Source of the DNA: Zygophlyctis sp. KS116
Taxonomy: Eukaryota; Fungi; Chytridiomycota
DNA length: 8,559 nt
Assembly: GCA_054661495.1 (NCBI GenBank)
Contig: BAAFSQ010000374.1
Coordinates: 1-8,559, forward strand
Direction of reading: 5' to 3'
Shown: piece by piece, positions 5,663-8,559 of the stretch
How positions within the stretch are numbered: position 1 is the stretch's first letter
How the letters are laid out: the number at the start of each line of letters is the position of its first letter
Made by a program: the position numbers and the translations under genes
The notes under the pieces: generated by a model
Databases searched by the model: none
What the model was told of the DNA's origin: nothing
What the model saw: the letters and a program-made list of their open reading frames with translations, nothing else

Positions 5663-7648
5663 ATGCGATTCAATGTGCAAATGCTCCATGGAATTAGTTC
5701 CGTCAATCTTCAAAAAAGGCTGCTAAATACTTCTAAAATCACAAACATTACCGATAAAATAACTGCTCAGAGATTGTTAAAATTGGCTTTTCCGCACAAG
5801 AAAATGATTGCAGGTGCAATTGGACTTTTAAGTGTTTCGTCTGCAGTGACAATGGCGGTTCCATATAGCATGGGGGCGATTATTGATGCAGTTTCTGTGA
5901 AGGATGGTCCTTCTCTTTCTAGTATTTTTATGACTTTGGGCGGTGTTTTTGTTCTCGGAGCTGCGGCTAATGCAGGAAGAATAATGTTATTTAAGAGCGT
6001 TGGTGAACGGTAATTCAAGTCGGAATTTCTAAATATAGAATTATCGCTAATCTAAGAAGAGATTTATTCAAAAATATAATTCATCAGGATTTGAAATTTC
6101 ATGATCTAAATTCTTCTGGGGAATTAGTGTCACGAATATCAGTAGATACAGTTATTGTTGGGAAATCAGTGACTTCCAATGTATCGGATGGACTAAGAAG
6201 TATAATTATGGCTGGAGCTGGGATTGGTGCAATGGTGGCGGTTAATACTAAACTTACAGTATCTAATTTATAGTAATTCTAGTTGATTATGATGAGTATT
6301 GTGCCGCCGATTGCGATTGCTGCAATATTTTATGGTAAATTTGTTTCAAGAATTTCTAAAAGGACTCTTGAAGCTACAGCAGCTCTTACAAAGCTTTCAG
6401 AAGGTAATATCGGATTTTAAGTATTAGAAAAAATAAGTCAAATTAGGACAGTCAAGGCGTTTTCACAAGAAGAAAGAGAAATTAATTATTTCAAGGAAAA
6501 GGCTGAATCAATTTATAATTTTGCAATCAAGGATGCAATAGCATCAGTAATTTTTCAAATATTTAAAGAAAAATAGGGGATTTTTTTTGGTGGTGCTGGA
6601 TTGGCTGGTAATTTGACTATTCTAGCATTGTTGTATTATGGAGGATCAATGGTTCAGACTGGTGAAATAACAGTTGGGGCTTTGACTTCATTCTTTTTAT
6701 ATACTGCATATGTTGGTTCTTCAATGATTGGGTTAAGCTCTTGGTATTCAGAGGTAATGAAGGGGATTGGAGCTAGTTCGCGTCTTTTTCAGCTTTTGGA
6801 TGAACGTCCAAAGCGTCTATTAACAGGTGAATTTTATTAATATTTATTAATATTAGATGGCAAAATCATAGATAATGTTAAAGGCATGGTTGAGTTTAGA
6901 AATGTTGCATTCAACTATCCGACTCGGGATCAGGTCATGATATTTAATGACTTAAGTTTTACTGTGAATCCAGGAGAAACAGTTGCGATAGTTGGCTCTT
7001 CCGGTTCTGGTAAGAGTACTATTGCTCAAATGCTTTTGGGATTTTATACTCCTAGTTTAGGAAAAATATTCATTGATGGCCATGATATTCAGGAAATCAA
7101 TAGTTTGTGGATGAGGGAAAAAATAATATCCATTGTGCCGCAAGAGGTAAGGAATTTTTATGATTAAATATGAGCCGGTTTTATTTTCTTGTAATTTGTT
7201 GGATAATATTACGTATGGTGTGTCTGATTATCGTCAGGAAGCGCTTTGGGAGGCCATTAATTTGGCCAATGCAGGAGATTTCATTAATAGATTTCCAGAC
7301 AAACTACAAACTATTGCAGGAGAGAGAGGATTGTCATTATCTGGTGGTCAGAAACAACGAATAGCTATTGCTAGAGCAGTATTAAAAAATCCAAAAATCT
7401 TAATTCTAGATGAGGCTACGTCTGCACTGGACGCTGCAAGCGAGGCACTGGTTCAAGACGCATTAGACAAATTAATTAAGGGAAGGACTGTGATAACGAT
7501 TGCGCATCGCCTTTCAACCATTCAAAAGGCGGACCAAATCATCATGCTTGAAAATGGACATGTTGTAGAATCAGGAACCTTTAGTGAGTTGACATCGCGT
7601 GAAGGAAAATTCAGATCCATGATCCAAAATCAGTTGCTTGGAGAGTAG
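5663..7648 (+). CDS. MDL1: Mitochondrial ABCB half transporter Mdl1/ABCB10-like, about 606 aa; join(5663..6009,6039..6258,6283..6403,6428..6546,6577..6826,6857..7146,7175..7648)
   Basis: TMD motifs VSSAVTMAVPYSMGAIID, GER|IIANLR, GELVSRISVD, NVSDGLR, EEKISQIRTVKAF, EVMKGIGASSR. NBD motifs are Walker A GSSGSGKST, Q-loop VPQE|PVLF, signature LSGGQKQRIAIARA, Walker B ILILDEATSALD and H-loop IAHRLSTI. The N-terminus looks like a presequence; ATG 5681 is an alternative start. Confidence 0.95.
6010..6038 (+). other. Spliceosomal intron, 29 nt (MDL1)
   Basis: gtaatt...ctaaatatag; removal restores GERIIANLRR. Confidence 0.92.
6259..6282 (+). other. Spliceosomal intron, 24 nt (MDL1)
   Basis: gtatct...ttctag with in-frame TAG TAA; removal restores KLT|LIMMSIVPP. 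Confidence 0.9.
6404..6427 (+). other. Spliceosomal intron, 24 nt (MDL1)
   Basis: gtaata...tattag with in-frame TAA; removal restores SEEKISQIRTV. Confidence 0.92.
6547..6576 (+). other. Spliceosomal intron, 30 nt (MDL1)
   Basis: gtaatt...aaaatag; the acceptor TAG is itself the in-frame stop; removal restores AIAS|GIFFG. Confidence 0.9.
6827..6856 (+). other. Spliceosomal intron, 30 nt (MDL1)
   Basis: gtgaat...tattag with in-frame TAA; joins the TMD to the NBD linker. Confidence 0.85.
7147..7174 (+). other. Spliceosomal intron, 28 nt, GAG acceptor (MDL1)
   Basis: gtaagg...aatatgag; this is the only usable AG, and removal restores the conserved QE|PVLF. Confidence 0.88.
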
Positions 7649-7892
7649 ATGAGGAAAATGTATTTCTATTGATCGAAACATGAGCTATATTTTTTGATAT
7701 TTTACGGCTTTTTGGCGGATTCTATTGTTGGCTCGTAAAGTACAAGATTAAACAAGGTGCTGGAAATATCTTCCAATTCCTGAGATATGTTTTCCTAGAA
7801 TTTATATTAAAAGTTGTTCATTAAGATAGTTTTCTTGGAGCTTAAGATTGCAGTTAGACACTGTTCCACAAATAATTACTAAAAATCCATGT

Positions 7893-7924
7893 TCTTAATT
7901 CTAGATGAGGCTACGTCTGCACTG
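7893..7924 (+). repeat. Exact 32-bp direct copy of MDL1 7398..7429 (Walker B coding segment)
   Basis: tcttaattctagatgaggctacgtctgcactg occurs at both positions; aaaaatcca is also shared just upstream (7385 and 7881). Confidence 0.95.
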
Positions 7925-8249
7925 TTTATAGATTTGCATTAAAAGAAATGGTACTCTAAATTTTAAAATCAGCCATTTAATCCCTGAGACTTTATCTATT
8001 AAGCGAGAAGATGATCAGAAGCCAACGGTTGGTCGGACGTTAGAAATTTGCAAAATATGAGATGTATACTAACCCATAATCAGCCAAGCCATATTTTAAG
8101 AATACGATTTTTTAGTCGTGCTTTATTATTCTAAATGATGATGATTTAGTACTTTTTTTCAAGAATGATCTTTCTAACAATAGATTAAAACGCCACTTTG
8201 AGTGAAATCGGACAAACATGTAAACAAACAATTCAAAATCTCAAACAAA

Positions 8250-8559
8250 ATGACAGCTTCATCTCTCAAGAATACTATTATAACATTTACTATCTCTGCA
8301 TTGATCTCAGGAGTTAAGTCTCAGTTGAAAGCAAATACGACGGCAGCTTTCACCGCTATTTCCAGAGAGAAGTCTACTTTGCCTACTTTGATTGAGACTT
8401 CGCCTACTTCGATTGAGACTTCGACTGACTGCTTAACGGTCATCAATATTTTGCAACAATTGGGGCAAGCTATTGAAACCACTGATTGCCGTTCGATTGC
8501 AGGAGTCACTTTTTCTGGCTCCTCGGTTACTAAAATAAATTTCAACAATACAGGTCTTG
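8250..8559 (+). CDS. Secreted/surface leucine-rich-repeat protein, N-terminal part (3'-partial)
   Basis: caaaATG at 8250 opens a frame to the window end: MTASSLKNTIITFTISALISGVKS (signal peptide-like), a Ser/Thr-rich stalk, then TDCLTVINILQQLG...DCRSIAGVTFSGSSVTKINFNNTGL. This resembles an LRR N-cap followed by the first plant-type repeat (GV.C....VT.I.L....L.G). Confidence 0.7.
   Translation, partial: MTASSLKNTIITFTISALISGVKSQLKANTTAAFTAISREKSTLPTLIETSPTSIETSTDCLTVINILQQLGQAIETTDCRSIAGVTFSGSSVTKINFNNTGL
8382..8423 (+). repeat. 21-bp coding tandem duplication (PTLIETS PTSIETS)
   Basis: cctactttgattgagacttcg cctacttcgattgagacttcg, one mismatch. Confidence 0.92.

Noticed and set aside
4940-6018. 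ORFs 4940-5371 (+), 5519-5713 (-) and 5767-6018 (-)
   Set aside because: Antisense or overlapping shadows of the orphan gene and MDL1 with no motifs.
7170-7364. 64-aa alternative-frame ORF
   Set aside because: Out-of-frame overlap with the MDL1 NBD exon.
5663-7648. Reading fragmented MDL1, TRF4 and GT32 as pseudogenes, programmed frameshifts or stop-codon recoding
   Set aside because: Every break coincides with an AT-rich GT...AG insert whose exact removal restores conserved motifs, and catalytic motifs are intact.
7702-7890. Minus-strand exon-like stretch (ENISQELEDISSTLFNLVLYEPTIESAKKP*) after a ttctag acceptor-like site
   Set aside because: No GT donor lies within the 24-33 nt range and upstream frames are interrupted; there is no recognisable homology, so neither a gene nor a pseudogene can be supported.
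8321-8548. 75-aa minus-strand ORF
   Set aside because: Shadow of the plus-strand secreted LRR-type gene starting at 8250.
1-8559. Prokaryotic defence system, CRISPR array or mobile element (for example reading the nucleotidyltransferase as a CBASS cyclase next to a membrane effector)
   Set aside because: The DNA is eukaryotic with spliceosomal introns, and the nucleotidyltransferase has Trf4/PAPD5-specific motifs. There are no spaced repeats, transposase, reverse transcriptase or terminal repeats. The introns share no sequence similarity with each other, so they are not introner elements.

Overview
This is AT-rich, gene-dense eukaryotic nuclear DNA in the standard genetic code. The gene content suggests an early-diverging (chytrid-like) fungus, but that is an inference. 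The ORF track is fragmented because the genes are split by 13 ultra-short GT-AG introns of 24-33 nt. After manual splicing there are eight protein genes: a 5'-partial GT32 DxD glycosyltransferase (+), a protein with two degenerate bromodomain-like repeats (-), mitoribosomal mL53/MRPL44 (-, absent from the ORF track), a Faf1-like 40S biogenesis factor (-), a Trf4/5 non-canonical poly(A) polymerase (+), an intronless orphan coiled-coil/membrane protein (-), an Mdl1/ABCB10 mitochondrial half ABC transporter (+) and a 3'-partial secreted LRR-cap protein (+, absent from the ORF track). The most interesting signal is the splicing code. All 13 introns end at the first AG lying 24 nt or more from the GT regardless of the -3 base (TAG, AAG or GAG), and they mostly lack +5G and a polypyrimidine tract. 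Other oddities are an exact 32-bp copy of the MDL1 Walker B segment downstream of the gene, a phased CTAGGTT array in a divergent promoter and a local CTAG-rich island. I found no CRISPR array, rRNA, intact tRNA or recognisable transposon.
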